Assembly (NCBI GenBank): GCA_051888725.1
Contig: JBJFCA010000163.1
Coordinates: forward strand, 1-46,823
Reading direction: 5' to 3'
Source of the DNA: Lachnospiraceae bacterium
GTDB taxonomy: Bacteria; Bacillota; Clostridia; Lachnospirales; Lachnospiraceae
DNA: 46,823 nucleotides
Positions 36,775-46,822 of the stretch are shown piece by piece. The notes beneath the pieces were generated by a model that did no database searches, was not told the origin of the DNA, and saw only the letters and a list, made by a program, of their open reading frames with translations. Numbering within the stretch: position 1 is the first letter of the stretch; the number at the start of each line of letters is the position of its first letter. A program made the position numbers and the translations under genes.

Positions 36775-37044
36775 CTATTCACCCAGTCCATTTTCAATTG
36801 CCGTTACCAAATCTTCAAGTGCTTCTTTCTCGTCAATGCCTTCACAGGTGATTTCTATTTCATCTCCGCATTTTACGCAAGCCCCAAGTACACTCAAAAC
36901 ACTCTTTGCGTTAGCGGTATTGTCTCTGAATGAAAACGTGATCAGGGATTTAAACTTCATAGCTTCCTTACACAATATCCCGGCCGGACGCAGGTGCAGA
37001 CCTGTCGGGTTCTTTATCACAACCTTCTGGCTAACCATACCCAC
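36775..37044 (-). CDS. HPr-family phosphocarrier protein
   Basis: NPTGLHLRPA (His15), NAKSVLSVL (Ser46) and G.DE..AL. AGGAGG RBS. Start may be ATG at 37038. Confidence 0.92.
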   Translation of the reverse strand: MGMVSQKVVIKNPTGLHLRPAGILCKEAMKFKSLITFSFRDNTANAKSVLSVLGACVKCGDEIEITCEGIDEKEALEDLVTAIENGLGE

Positions 37045-37064
37045 AATACCTCCTTATTAAGTTC

Positions 37065-37093
37065 AGTATACCATTATTTGGATAAAACCACAA
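37065..37093 (-). promoter_or_regulatory. Putative sigma-A promoter of the HPr gene
   Basis: Minus strand TTGTGG-N17-TATACT with TGG extension. Confidence 0.6.
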
Positions 37094-37099
37094 GTTAAA

Positions 37100-38461
37100 T
37101 TAGAACATGATATCCTGGATCAGATTTGCCAGATGCTCTGCTTCTGCCTGAATCTGTGCTTTATCTTTTCCTTCGATCATGACTCTCACAAGGGGTTCCG
37201 TACCGGATGGACGAATGAGTACCCTTCCCTCACCCGCAAATTTATCTTCCAGTTCCTGAATAGCCTGTGCAATCTCCGGATACTCCAGATAATGCTCCTT
37301 TTTGTGGTTTGCTACTTTGGCATTCACAAGTGCCTGCGGCAGTTCCTCCATAATAGTGGAAAGCTCCGACAACGGTCTGCCGGTCTCAACCATTACCTGC
37401 AGCAGATGCAGTGCACTGAGCAGACCGTCTCCGGTTGTATTCTCATCTAAGAAAATCACATGCCCGGACTGCTCTCCTCCGAGGCTTGCGCCGATTTCTT
37501 TCATTCTTTCCAATACGTATCTGTCACCGACTTTGGTCTGTTCTGTGGTGATGCCGTTGTCCTTAGCCATCAGGAAGAAGCCCAGATTGCTCATTACCGT
37601 TACCACAATGGTATCCTTCTTAAGCGTTCCTTTTTTCTTCATAAAGTTGCCGACAATGGCCATAATCTTATCGCCATCCACTATTTTTCCGTTTTCATCT
37701 ACTGCCAGCAGTCTGTCTGCATCCCCGTCAAAGGCAAGACCCACCTGCGCTTTTTCCACAAGAACACGACCCTGCAGCTCTTCCATATGTGTGGAACCGC
37801 AGTTGGCATTGATATTGGTACCGTCCGGATTATTATGAATGGCAACCACCTGCGCTCCCAGCTCCTTTAAGGCTTCCACGGAAGTGTAGAAGGACGCCCC
37901 TTCTGCGCAGTCCACCACGACCTTCAGGTTGCTTAAATCCACCGGCACAGCACGAATGGCATGATTGATGTATTCTTCCCTTGCATCCGTACGGTATTTG
38001 ATCTTTCCCACGCCGGAGCCTGTAGGGAATTTTACACCCTGCATATTACTTTTGATAAGGCTTTCAATCTCATCCTCCAGTTCGTCCGGAAGTTTATATC
38101 CGTCCCCATCAAAAAACTTAATACCGTTAAACTCCACCGGATTATGGGATGCCGAAATCACAACACCCGCATCCACCTTATATTTATGTGTCAGATACGC
38201 AATAGCCGGTGTGGGAATCACACCCACATAAATGCAATTGGCTCCTACGGAGCAGGCACCTGCCATCAAGGCATTGGCCAGCATATCTCCTGAAATTCTC
38301 GTGTCACATCCTACCATAATCGTGGGCTTGTGGGCTTTCTCCTTTGTAAGCACGCTGGCACCCGCCTGCCCTAACTGCATAGCCAAAAGCGGTGTCAATT
38401 CTTCATTTGCCACGCCTCTCACACCGTCTGTTCCAAATAAGCGACCCATATCCTTCACCAT
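37100..38461 (-). CDS. glmM: Phosphoglucosamine mutase
   Basis: LFGTDGVRG, ISASHNP, FDGDADR, GGEQSGH, RPSGTEPLVRVM. Follows cdaA-cdaR. Start could be 38449. Confidence 0.96.
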   Translation of the reverse strand: MVKDMGRLFGTDGVRGVANEELTPLLAMQLGQAGASVLTKEKAHKPTIMVGCDTRISGDMLANALMAGACSVGANCIYVGVIPTPAIAYLTHKYKVDAGVVISASHNPVEFNGIKFFDGDGYKLPDELEDEIESLIKSNMQGVKFPTGSGVGKIKYRTDAREEYINHAIRAVPVDLSNLKVVVDCAEGASFYTSVEALKELGAQVVAIHNNPDGTNINANCGSTHMEELQGRVLVEKAQVGLAFDGDADRLLAVDENGKIVDGDKIMAIVGNFMKKKGTLKKDTIVVTVMSNLGFFLMAKDNGITTEQTKVGDRYVLERMKEIGASLGGEQSGHVIFLDENTTGDGLLSALHLLQVMVETGRPLSELSTIMEELPQALVNAKVANHKKEHYLEYPEIAQAIQELEDKFAGEGRVLIRPSGTEPLVRVMIEGKDKAQIQAEAEHLANLIQDIMF

Positions 38462-38494
38462 GTCCTTCCTGATTCTGCATTTTATTTACTGCCG

Positions 38495-39790
38495 CTACTG
38501 CACCTTCATAATCTTTACCTGAACCTTCAGAGGCTGCGTAATGGTAATATCCTCCGCCAGTGAAATAAAGACTTCTGCTTCATAAGTTCCTTCAGCCGGC
38601 TCCGTGATCTGATACTTTTCCATCAGCTGCTTGATGCTGATATACCCTGTAATGTCATTTTCTTTCCATACATCAATATCCGCACGCCGCCCCTTAACGG
38701 GTATGCTGTAGAATTCCTTCAGATCCTCAATTTCTGCCGTATAGCCTTCCGGAAGTCCTGAAAACTGTATTTTATCTCCATGAATCGAAAGCTGGGATTC
38801 ATACTCTTTCTCAATATGCACAACGGCGGTTATCTTACCGGATGCCTTCTCATTGGCAAGGATTACATTCTCCGGCAGATAATCCTGAATATTTAAATTA
38901 AAGGTCGTGTCTTCTGCACAATCGGTAATATCAAGTGCTGTTTCAGGAATTGCAATCTCATAAATATTGGCAATCTTTTCCGTAGGACCGGCGAGGGTCA
39001 CATTTTCCATACTTGCAGTAATCTCTCCGGTAAGCAGATATCCCTGTGCCGGTGTACCGGAAGCCGTATAACGGACTGCCACTGTCTTGGTGTTTAAGAT
39101 TTCCACATTCACTCTTACCTTGGAAGTATTCATGTTCAGATTATCTATTGGAATCTCCTTGGAATCCGCATCATACAGCTTGACTTCCGCATAAGTGGAA
39201 ATATTGCCTGAGGCATCTGTCACATCTACGATTACCTTTGCTGTCTGAATCCTGCTGACGACAGATTCAGGCCCGGATATTTCGATCCGGTTCTGATCAG
39301 GTGAAGTATCGCTGATCATATATCCCTTTGCTACAGATCCTGTTGTTTCCGTCTCCAGTTCCAGACGCTTTGTTTTCTTTTTTTCAATATTCAGCTTTAG
39401 AATCTGATTACTGCCGGTAATATTGGTAATCTGCTCATTGTAGCGTTGGGAATAAAAACGTATCTCCACGGTATTGGCTACCGTCAGATTACTGAAATTG
39501 GCCTCTGCCACAATGTCACTGGTATTCAGTTCATCGCGGATGGACTTCTTGGCAGTGACAGATACTCTGGAGACCACATCCGTTTTATCCAGAATCTCAT
39601 AGACCATGTTCTCATCTGTGAGTACTTCCGTATTGACCAGCTTCACCGGTATATTGTAAAAGACTTTCTGATCTTCCGGGTTTTCAATCGTCATGACAAG
39701 CAGCCACAGGAAAAAGGCTGCGGCAAGGGAAAAAAGCTTCAAAGCCCAGTTGTTCAGAAAGATATTAAGGATTTTATTTTTCTTTTTCAA
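38495..39790 (-). CDS. cdaR: CdaR/YbbR-family regulator of diadenylate cyclase
   Basis: NNWALKLFSL..A..LW..V N-terminal TM, repeated YbbR domains (ISGPES, LAGPTE). Lies between cdaA and glmM. Start uncertain (TTG at 39790; ORF open to 39850). Confidence 0.88.
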   Translation of the reverse strand: MKKKNKILNIFLNNWALKLFSLAAAFFLWLLVMTIENPEDQKVFYNIPVKLVNTEVLTDENMVYEILDKTDVVSRVSVTAKKSIRDELNTSDIVAEANFSNLTVANTVEIRFYSQRYNEQITNITGSNQILKLNIEKKKTKRLELETETTGSVAKGYMISDTSPDQNRIEISGPESVVSRIQTAKVIVDVTDASGNISTYAEVKLYDADSKEIPIDNLNMNTSKVRVNVEILNTKTVAVRYTASGTPAQGYLLTGEITASMENVTLAGPTEKIANIYEIAIPETALDITDCAEDTTFNLNIQDYLPENVILANEKASGKITAVVHIEKEYESQLSIHGDKIQFSGLPEGYTAEIEDLKEFYSIPVKGRRADIDVWKENDITGYISIKQLMEKYQITEPAEGTYEAEVFISLAEDITITQPLKVQVKIMKVQ

Positions 39791-40661
39791 CTTTCTCTGT
39801 CTTGCTCCTTCCCTTAAAGAATTTGTAACTTCTGCGGCTGTCCTCATCATTTTCAGGCTGCAGCTTCTGCAGGCGTGCTTTCAGGCTGTCCCCGTCCAGA
39901 TTGCGTTCCAGACTGCCTTTATAAGCCACACTGATTTTTCCGGTTTCTTCGGAAACAATTATGGTTACCGCATCCGTCACCTCGGAAATTCCCACACCTG
40001 CCCGATGTCTGGTACCCAGATTTTTGTCCAGACTCATATTGTCAGACAACGGCAGATAACAGGTGGCTGAGGTAACCCTGTTACCACGGATGATTACAGC
40101 TCCGTCATGAAGCGGTGTGTTGTGTTCAAAAATATTAATCAGCAGCTGGCTGGTAACCAGACCATCTACTTCGATGCCCGTTCTTTCAAAATCTCCAAGC
40201 GGCTGCTTACATTCGATGACAATAAGAGCGCCTGTCCTTACCTTTCCCATTTCCACACAGGCCTTCACAATTTCATTGATTGTCCTGCTGCTGAAGGCAT
40301 TATCCTCCCCCTTGGAGCCTGAAAAAGGAAGTACATTGGTAATGATTTCCTTGTTGCCCAGTTCCTCCAGAGCTTTTCTAAGCTCCGGCTGCAGCACAAC
40401 GATAAACGCCGTTACTGCAAATCCAAGAATATTTTTACCCAGCCACAAAATGGTAGTCATACGGAAATATGCTGCAACCAGCCAAAAAAACAGTATAATA
40501 ACAAGACCCTTAAGCAGTGCCCAGGCTCTTGTATTTTTAATCCAGATCAGGATATGGTAAAAGAGAAAAGAAATAATCAGAATCTCCACCAGACTTGATA
40601 TATCCATATCCGGCATCCGTCTTATGATGTTTTCCGTCAGATTTTGAAATTGCGACTGCAT
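39774..40661 (-). CDS. cdaA: Diadenylate cyclase (c-di-AMP synthase)
   Basis: Three N-terminal TMs, QPELR.ALE.LG, GALIV, TPLHDGA, GTRHRA and VSEETG.IS. Confidence 0.96.
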   Translation of the reverse strand: MQSQFQNLTENIIRRMPDMDISSLVEILIISFLFYHILIWIKNTRAWALLKGLVIILFFWLVAAYFRMTTILWLGKNILGFAVTAFIVVLQPELRKALEELGNKEIITNVLPFSGSKGEDNAFSSRTINEIVKACVEMGKVRTGALIVIECKQPLGDFERTGIEVDGLVTSQLLINIFEHNTPLHDGAVIIRGNRVTSATCYLPLSDNMSLDKNLGTRHRAGVGISEVTDAVTIIVSEETGKISVAYKGSLERNLDGDSLKARLQKLQPENDEDSRRSYKFFKGRSKTEKVEKEK

Positions 40662-40680
40662 ATTATCCTACCGTTATTCC

Positions 40681-41841
40681 TTAAAATTCTTCAAAATCGT
40701 CATCTTCCTGCTGATGATTCTGTGTACTGATTGTCATGGACGCTGCCTGCCTGCCCATATTTTTATGGTCAGCACTGCGTGGGGCTGTTCTCTGTCCGCT
40801 GTTACCTGCATTGTTAACGGATGCTGTCCGGCGGGGCTGTGAACCTATGTTTCTTCCTGTTCTCACCGGCTGTGACGCTACAGAGCCCGTATGACCGGTA
40901 TGAGCTGCATGACCCATCTGGGAATTGATTTTTTTCACTGTTTTCTCAGGTGCCGCAACTGTCATCTTGGGAACGGCTTTGACATAATAATAATACTCAT
41001 CATCCTCAAACTGCACCTTTTCCGTCCGGCTGTAATCCACGCCGAATACAAAGAACTGCAGTACCATGGCGATTCCAAGTGATACGATGGAACCTAACAG
41101 AATCCCGATGACCGAAACATTGGTATCATACATCAGATCTCCCAATAACAGGATCATCACATTTACGATCGTACCTGCAATAGATGCAATTGTCCAGGAA
41201 TGGTCAATGGAAAGTCTTCTGATCACATAAACCAGTTCCATGGTAAACACAAAGGCAACCACCGTAATTAACATGTCTTTATTGCCCAGTATTCCGTCAA
41301 TCACCATCCGCAGCCGGGCAGTTGCCTCTCCTGCATCCGTTGCCCCCAGTGCGGTGGAGTTCTGGGAAATAAAGCGAAGGATATAATAGACGACTGTGCC
41401 GCAGGCAACCGTAATCGCCGACAAAGGCGTTCCGATGAGTCCCATCGCAAGCGGCATTACATAAGGAATCTTAAGTCCGAAGCAGATGGGGGTAAGCACA
41501 ACGCAGAGTGCATCCTTAGGGGTGAACCTGAAAAACAAAAGGAACATGATCAGGAACAGGCAGAACACCACAACGGCTGCTTCCAACGCCAGTGTGTAAC
41601 AATGCAGCAGGATAAATACCGCAGCAATAAAAATGATAAACCCAACCGGCAGGAACGAACACACAAGTGCTGCAATCAGAAGGATTGCCATGCTGTTAAT
41701 CCTGGTCATATATCCCAGTTGATTCTTAATACTGACAAAAGCAATGAATGCAATTAAAAACTTCACCACCGGAAATATATAGGTTTCGTATTTACTGTAT
41801 ATTTTCTTGATTGCTTCTTTTATTTCCAATAAATTACTCAT
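40681..41841 (-). CDS. Polytopic membrane protein of unknown function with low-complexity C-terminal tail
   Basis: About 8-9 TMs, DYSRTEKVQFEDDEYYYYVKAVPK motif, polar tail ending EDDDFEEF. Start set to MSNLL at 41841. Confidence 0.8.
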   Translation of the reverse strand: MSNLLEIKEAIKKIYSKYETYIFPVVKFLIAFIAFVSIKNQLGYMTRINSMAILLIAALVCSFLPVGFIIFIAAVFILLHCYTLALEAAVVVFCLFLIMFLLFFRFTPKDALCVVLTPICFGLKIPYVMPLAMGLIGTPLSAITVACGTVVYYILRFISQNSTALGATDAGEATARLRMVIDGILGNKDMLITVVAFVFTMELVYVIRRLSIDHSWTIASIAGTIVNVMILLLGDLMYDTNVSVIGILLGSIVSLGIAMVLQFFVFGVDYSRTEKVQFEDDEYYYYVKAVPKMTVAAPEKTVKKINSQMGHAAHTGHTGSVASQPVRTGRNIGSQPRRTASVNNAGNSGQRTAPRSADHKNMGRQAASMTISTQNHQQEDDDFEEF

Positions 41842-41852
41842 AACCCTGCCTT

Positions 41853-42251
41853 TCATGAATAGTTGTTTTTCTCATAAAGAGATGCAAGTTTTTTCAAATT
41901 AGCATAATAATTCTTCAGGCTTTTTCTCGCTTTATTATACCGGTAGGTACACACGAAAAAGGTGATTACCGCATAGCTGATCACCACTATGCAGTATATG
42001 ATCAGAACATTTCTGGCAAACACAAATAAATCAATCTTATACAGATTCAGCATAAATGTCTCAAGATCATACAGGATATACATAATAAATACCACTGCAA
42101 ACGCTATGGTTGCGCTGATCACAGACTTTGCCATCTGGATGCCGATATAATCGCTTCGGAAATAATTCCCGATAGCCACGTTTTTCCTGCCTTCTCCGTT
42201 TTCGTAGGAAGCCAGCTTGGTCATCAGAATGACTCTTTCTTCGTTTAACAT
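41853..42251 (-). CDS. Small two-TM membrane protein of unknown function
   Basis: 132 aa. MLNEERVILMTKLASYE...YFRSDYI, with an RBS and tight operon spacing. Confidence 0.8.
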   Translation of the reverse strand: MLNEERVILMTKLASYENGEGRKNVAIGNYFRSDYIGIQMAKSVISATIAFAVVFIMYILYDLETFMLNLYKIDLFVFARNVLIIYCIVVISYAVITFFVCTYRYNKARKSLKNYYANLKKLASLYEKNNYS

Positions 42252-42268
42252 AGTTTCATGCCTTTCTT

Positions 42269-42682
42269 TTATTTGGTCAGATAGCGCATCCTTCCATTAT
42301 CCCTTTTATCCTCGGAAACTGACGGTGCCTTTGCTGCCGTATTCTCCCTGACAGAGCCTGCTAACCCCATTGCCAGCTCCCTGCGGCATTTGTCGCAGTA
42401 CCTGCCGCTCTTTATGGCAGTACCGCAGGATTCACAGTGCAGCGTGATGGCAGAACCCTCTGCAATCTCCAGACGTTCCTCCCTGAGCCACTGCTGGATC
42501 TGTCCCACTTCCACGTCACATTCCTCAGCTACCTGTGTAACAGTAACCCCCGGATTGGATCTGATATATTCTTTGACCCTCTGGAAATCCTCTTCCAGCG
42601 CTGCCCGGCATGCCGGACAAAGATGCGGACCGACTACATAGTTAAAAATTTTACCACACTTTCTGCAATTACGTACATTCAT
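42269..42682 (-). CDS. YvyF-like flagellar-operon zinc-finger protein
   Basis: NCRKCGKIF...CPAC, F..VKEYIR..PG, W.REERL, CESCG..I.SGRYCDKC. Follows comF. Confidence 0.85.
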   Translation of the reverse strand: MNVRNCRKCGKIFNYVVGPHLCPACRAALEEDFQRVKEYIRSNPGVTVTQVAEECDVEVGQIQQWLREERLEIAEGSAITLHCESCGTAIKSGRYCDKCRRELAMGLAGSVRENTAAKAPSVSEDKRDNGRMRYLTK

Positions 42683-42715
42683 ATTTTTTCCCTATCCTTC
42701 CCGGTATTCTCTCCG

Positions 42716-43438
42716 TCAATCAGGGCCTCCTATGGATAAAGTCAGAAAATAAACTTTCTCCACACCGGCCTCTAAAAGTACCGCCGTCAGGGCATCCATC
42801 GTGCTTCCCGTAGTATATATATCATCAATAAGTATAATCGTCTTTAATTTTACATCATTTGCAACAATTTTGAAAGCCTTTTTCAAATTATTTTGCCTTT
42901 GTATCAGATTCAGTTCCTTTTGCGGGATTGTATTCTTCACCCGCACGACCATCCGGCCGGCTACCGGTACTAAAACCCGTCTCCCCAGTTCTGCCGCCAG
43001 CAGTTCAGCCTGATTATAACCTCTTTTTTGAAGTCTTTCTTCATGAAGCGGTACCGGAATCAGGGCATCCGGACGAATGGCTTTGATATAGGATGCAAAA
43101 GCTTCTGCCATTTGTTGTCCGAAAAAAGCAGCATATTCCTGCCTGCCGCTATACTTAAAGCGATATATGGCTCCTGCTGCATGTGTATAAACATACAGCC
43201 CCCTTCCGGCGCAAAACAAATGTCTGTGGTTTTCGCAATCCATACAGTATTCCTGTTGTGTAAGTAGCGGTTTCCCGCATTTCATGCAATAAATCCCGCT
43301 TACTTTTACAAGCTGATTCCGGCATTTTAAGCAGGCTCCTCCTTCCCCCACAGGCACCGGTCTGTCACAGACCGGACAACGGAGCGGAAACAACAGTTTT
43401 TCGATTTTTCTGATTTTCAATCTTCCTTCTTTCCGCAC
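42716..43438 (-). CDS. comF: ComF-family protein (double zinc ribbon plus PRTase domain)
   Basis: FPLRCPVC, C.KC, CMKCG, CMDC, PVPLH..R...RGYNQAE and LIDDIYTTGST. Confidence 0.92.
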   Translation of the reverse strand: MRKEGRLKIRKIEKLLFPLRCPVCDRPVPVGEGGACLKCRNQLVKVSGIYCMKCGKPLLTQQEYCMDCENHRHLFCAGRGLYVYTHAAGAIYRFKYSGRQEYAAFFGQQMAEAFASYIKAIRPDALIPVPLHEERLQKRGYNQAELLAAELGRRVLVPVAGRMVVRVKNTIPQKELNLIQRQNNLKKAFKIVANDVKLKTIILIDDIYTTGSTMDALTAVLLEAGVEKVYFLTLSIGGPD

Positions 43439-43455
43439 ACATCCTTCTTACGCAC

Positions 43456-45696
43456 TTAAGCCAACTCCCTGATTCTCTCTTTCAGTGCCGTAAATCTTTT
43501 ATTTACTTCCGCATTTGCAATCATCTGGGCAACCACGGTGCGGCTTCCCAATATTGTCACACAGGATTTTGCCCTGGTCACACCGGTATAAAGCAGATTC
43601 CTGTTAAACAGCATTTTGGGACCACTTAAAAGCGGCATAATCACAGCCGCATATTCACTGCCCTGGGATTTGTGTATAGTGATGGCGTAAGCAAGTTCCA
43701 GTTCTTCGGCCTGCGAAAACGCATAATTTACTCTTCTGTGCTCGTCATATTCCACAGTCAGTGTTTCGGCATATTCGTTGATCTCTGTTATTCTGCCCAT
43801 ATCTCCGTTAAAAATTCCCAGTCCGCTGTCAACGGGAATCCCGTATTTGCTGACAATCTCCCATTTCAGTTCATAATTGTTTTTGATCTGCATGACCTTG
43901 TCGCCTTCCCTGAAAAGCGTGCTGCCAAAAACATGCTCTTTTTTACGGGGAGACGGCGGATTCATGTATTTCTGCAGGGTGGGATTTAAGGTTTCCACGC
44001 CCAGGCTGCCCTTTCTCATGGGTGTCAGTACCTGGATATCGAAGCTTTCTGCCTGCACATACCGGGGAAGCTTTTCTGTAATCAGCTGCACCATATGTTT
44101 GTATATGACGTTTGCATCATCTCTTTCCAGGAAGAAAAAGTCCCTGCTTTTATTGTCCAGGGCAATCTGCTCTCCACGGTTGATCTTGTGCGCATTGACC
44201 ACAATGTCGCTTGTTCCCGCCTGTCTGAAAATTTTAGACAGTACCACACAGGGAAATGCCCCCGATGCCATCAGATCCCGTAAAACCTGCCCGGGTCCTA
44301 CACTCGGCAGCTGGTCCACATCTCCTACCAGTATCAGTCTGGTACCGGGAATCACAGCTTTTAAGAGTGCCTGGAAAAGATAAATATCCACCATGGACAT
44401 TTCGTCAATAATGATGACATCTGCTTCAAGGGGATTTTCTTCATTTCTTTCAAAACCTGCCCTGCGTCCTTCCCCCGACAACGTGCCATTCAGTTCTAAC
44501 ATTCTGTGAATGGTTCTGGCTTCATAGCCGGTAGCCTCGGTCATACGTTTTGCCGCACGCCCCGTAGGTGCTGCCAGAAGAATATCCATCTTCTCCTGTG
44601 CAAAGTAACGTATGATAGTGTTGATGGTAGTAGTCTTTCCCGTACCGGGACCACCGGAAAGAATCAGTACACCGTTTTTTACACATTGCAGTACCGCTTC
44701 CTCCTGCAGGTTATCCAGTTCCAGTTCTTCTGCATCCGTAATGGCTTCTATTTTTTTTCTGATGAGGCTTTCCGTAGACGGAAGCATCCCTTCTTCTCCA
44801 TACATGGGCAGATTTAAGTCGCGCAGCATGGAGGCACAGCTTAACTCCGCATAATAGGAAGCTGCCGTAAAAATCTGTACCGTTTCCGATTCAGCATCTG
44901 TTTTTAAAATCAGCTTTTTCTCCATGGCAAGATTTTCTACCTGTGGGAAAATATTCTCTTCGTCTACCATCAAAAGTTCACCTGCACGCTGCAGGAGAAG
45001 CTCTTTGGGCAGATACATATGCCCTTCTGCCGTCACCTGACTTAAGCAATAGAGAATACCGCTTCTGATGCGGTAATCCGAATCGGTATGAATTCCGATT
45101 CTCGTTGCAATTTCATCTGCCGTCCTGAAGCCGACGCCTTCAATATCTTCCGTCATCTTGTAAGGATTTTCCTGTATCATACGGTAGAGCCCGTCGCCAT
45201 AAGTGTTATAGATCTTAACTGCCAGTGTATTGGAAATGCCATATTGCTGTAAAAACAGGAAAGCTTCCCTGAGGTCCCGTTTCTCCTCCATCTGGGATGC
45301 AATTTCTCTGGCCATTCTGTCGCTGATTCCCTTTACTTCTACCAGCCGTATAGGTTCTTCCTCCATGATCCGAAACGTATCCGCTCCAAACTTTTTTACA
45401 ATACGTGATGCCAGTGCTGCACCAATCCCCTTAATGGCACCTGATGCCAGGTATCTCTCCATTCCCGCAGCATCCTTCGGGGTCACGGTACGGTAAGCTG
45501 TCACCTTAAACTGTCTGCCGTATACCGGATGCTCCGTATAATCGCCTTCTGCCTGAATGCTTTCACCCTGGGTAATGCCCTTCATCATTCCCACCAGAAC
45601 CGTTTCTCCTTCATCTCCGGACAGTTCCAGTACCGTATACCCGTTTTCAGCATTTTGAAACACAATATGTTCCACAAATCCTGTGATTTTTTCCAT
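43456..45696 (-). CDS. recD2: ATP-dependent RecD-like DNA helicase
   Basis: 746 aa. HhH (GIG/GIS/GVGF), GGPGTGKTT, APTGRAAKR, IDEMSM, GDVDQLPSVGPG, AYAITIHKSQGSE, LYTGVTRA. Confidence 0.95.
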   Translation of the reverse strand: MEKITGFVEHIVFQNAENGYTVLELSGDEGETVLVGMMKGITQGESIQAEGDYTEHPVYGRQFKVTAYRTVTPKDAAGMERYLASGAIKGIGAALASRIVKKFGADTFRIMEEEPIRLVEVKGISDRMAREIASQMEEKRDLREAFLFLQQYGISNTLAVKIYNTYGDGLYRMIQENPYKMTEDIEGVGFRTADEIATRIGIHTDSDYRIRSGILYCLSQVTAEGHMYLPKELLLQRAGELLMVDEENIFPQVENLAMEKKLILKTDAESETVQIFTAASYYAELSCASMLRDLNLPMYGEEGMLPSTESLIRKKIEAITDAEELELDNLQEEAVLQCVKNGVLILSGGPGTGKTTTINTIIRYFAQEKMDILLAAPTGRAAKRMTEATGYEARTIHRMLELNGTLSGEGRRAGFERNEENPLEADVIIIDEMSMVDIYLFQALLKAVIPGTRLILVGDVDQLPSVGPGQVLRDLMASGAFPCVVLSKIFRQAGTSDIVVNAHKINRGEQIALDNKSRDFFFLERDDANVIYKHMVQLITEKLPRYVQAESFDIQVLTPMRKGSLGVETLNPTLQKYMNPPSPRKKEHVFGSTLFREGDKVMQIKNNYELKWEIVSKYGIPVDSGLGIFNGDMGRITEINEYAETLTVEYDEHRRVNYAFSQAEELELAYAITIHKSQGSEYAAVIMPLLSGPKMLFNRNLLYTGVTRAKSCVTILGSRTVVAQMIANAEVNKRFTALKERIRELA

Positions 45697-45730
45697 TTTA
45701 CGCTAATCCTTTCAAAGCTCCCATAACACG

Positions 45731-45755
45731 AAAAGGACTGCCTTTGGCAGTCCTT
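45731..45755 (-). terminator. Putative terminator after the flgJ-like gene
   Basis: Minus strand AAGGACTGCC-aaa-GGCAGTCCTT followed by TT. The T-tract is short, so read-through is possible. Confidence 0.65.
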
Positions 45756-46101
45756 ACAGATTATAGTTCCGTTTCATTTGTTCGTAGAGCATCTGTGCCA
45801 GTCCCAGGCTTCCCTGTTCCGTGGATTCACTGGCAATTTCCTGTATCATGTTATCCTTGTAATAATCCATCAGATTGGAAGTGTAGGAAGAAGTGTTTTC
45901 GGATTCCGGAATGGTCTTGACCATTTCCTTAAACATCTGCTCCACGAAATACGCTTCAAATTCCTTGCAGGCATCCATCAGTTCTTCATCAGTTGCATTG
46001 CTGTAATCCTTTTTATTCTGTTGTTCCAATTTTGCAGCTGTCTGGGAATTCTGTGTTTTAAAAAGATCCATATAGCTGTCTGTGAGACTGCTGATATCCA
46101 T
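45754..46101 (-). CDS. flgJ: FlgJ-like rod-binding protein (no muramidase domain)
   Basis: L.DAC.EFEA.FV.QM.K.M and LGLAQMLYEQM. Directly after flgG. Confidence 0.82.
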   Translation of the reverse strand: MDISSLTDSYMDLFKTQNSQTAAKLEQQNKKDYSNATDEELMDACKEFEAYFVEQMFKEMVKTIPESENTSSYTSNLMDYYKDNMIQEIASESTEQGSLGLAQMLYEQMKRNYNL

Positions 46102-46123
46102 AATCTAACCCTCACCTTTCTGA

Positions 46124-46822
46124 CTATCTTCGTAAGTTGTTAGCCTGCTGAAGCATTTCATCCGATGCCGTAATCGCCTTGGAGTTCATTTCATAAGCTC
46201 TCTGTGCCACAATCATATTGACCATTTCATCCACGACCTGCACATTGGATGCTTCCAGGAAATTCTGCCAGACGGAACTCTTATTCACCGTTGTACTGGT
46301 TGCTTCATTGATCGGTTCCCCGCTTGCAGCCGTCTGCTGATACAGGGTACTTCCTCTCTTTTCCAGTCCGCCGGGATTGGAGAACTGGTAAATACCGATA
46401 TTGATTCCCAGAGGCTGGGGATTATTCTTTTCATCGGGGTAGCAGATTTCCCCTCTGCTGGTCACGGAAATTTTGCTGGTCTCATATTTTTTATCTAAAA
46501 TAATGGATTTTCCCGTGGAGTCCTGTACCGGCCTGCCGTCAGTATCCGCAAGCATCATACCGCCATTATCCGCTCTGGTCCACAAAAAATTACCGTTTCT
46601 GGTGTAGTATGTGTTCCCGTCCTCGCCCTTTACTGCAAAAAAACCGTTACCGGTAATGGCAAATGCGGTGTTGCTCTCGCTTGCAGTCATACTGCCATCC
46701 GTAAAAATCGTGGTCATGGATGCATTCCGTACACCTAAGCCCACCTGTGCTCTGGTCGGTTTCTGGGCGCCGTTTGCAGATGTTGTTTTTGTCTGCAGGG
46801 TCTGATATAAAAGAGATTTGAA
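46124..46822 (-). CDS. flgG: Flagellar basal-body rod protein (FlgG/FlhP type), 5' end beyond the window
   Basis: Frame is open to the window edge (FKSLLYQ...QVGLGV). AITGNGFF, YTRNGNF, LEASNVQVVDEMVNMIVAQRAYEMNSKAI..SDEML. Confidence 0.9.
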   Translation of the reverse strand, partial: FKSLLYQTLQTKTTSANGAQKPTRAQVGLGVRNASMTTIFTDGSMTASESNTAFAITGNGFFAVKGEDGNTYYTRNGNFLWTRADNGGMMLADTDGRPVQDSTGKSIILDKKYETSKISVTSRGEICYPDEKNNPQPLGINIGIYQFSNPGGLEKRGSTLYQQTAASGEPINEATSTTVNKSSVWQNFLEASNVQVVDEMVNMIVAQRAYEMNSKAITASDEMLQQANNLRR

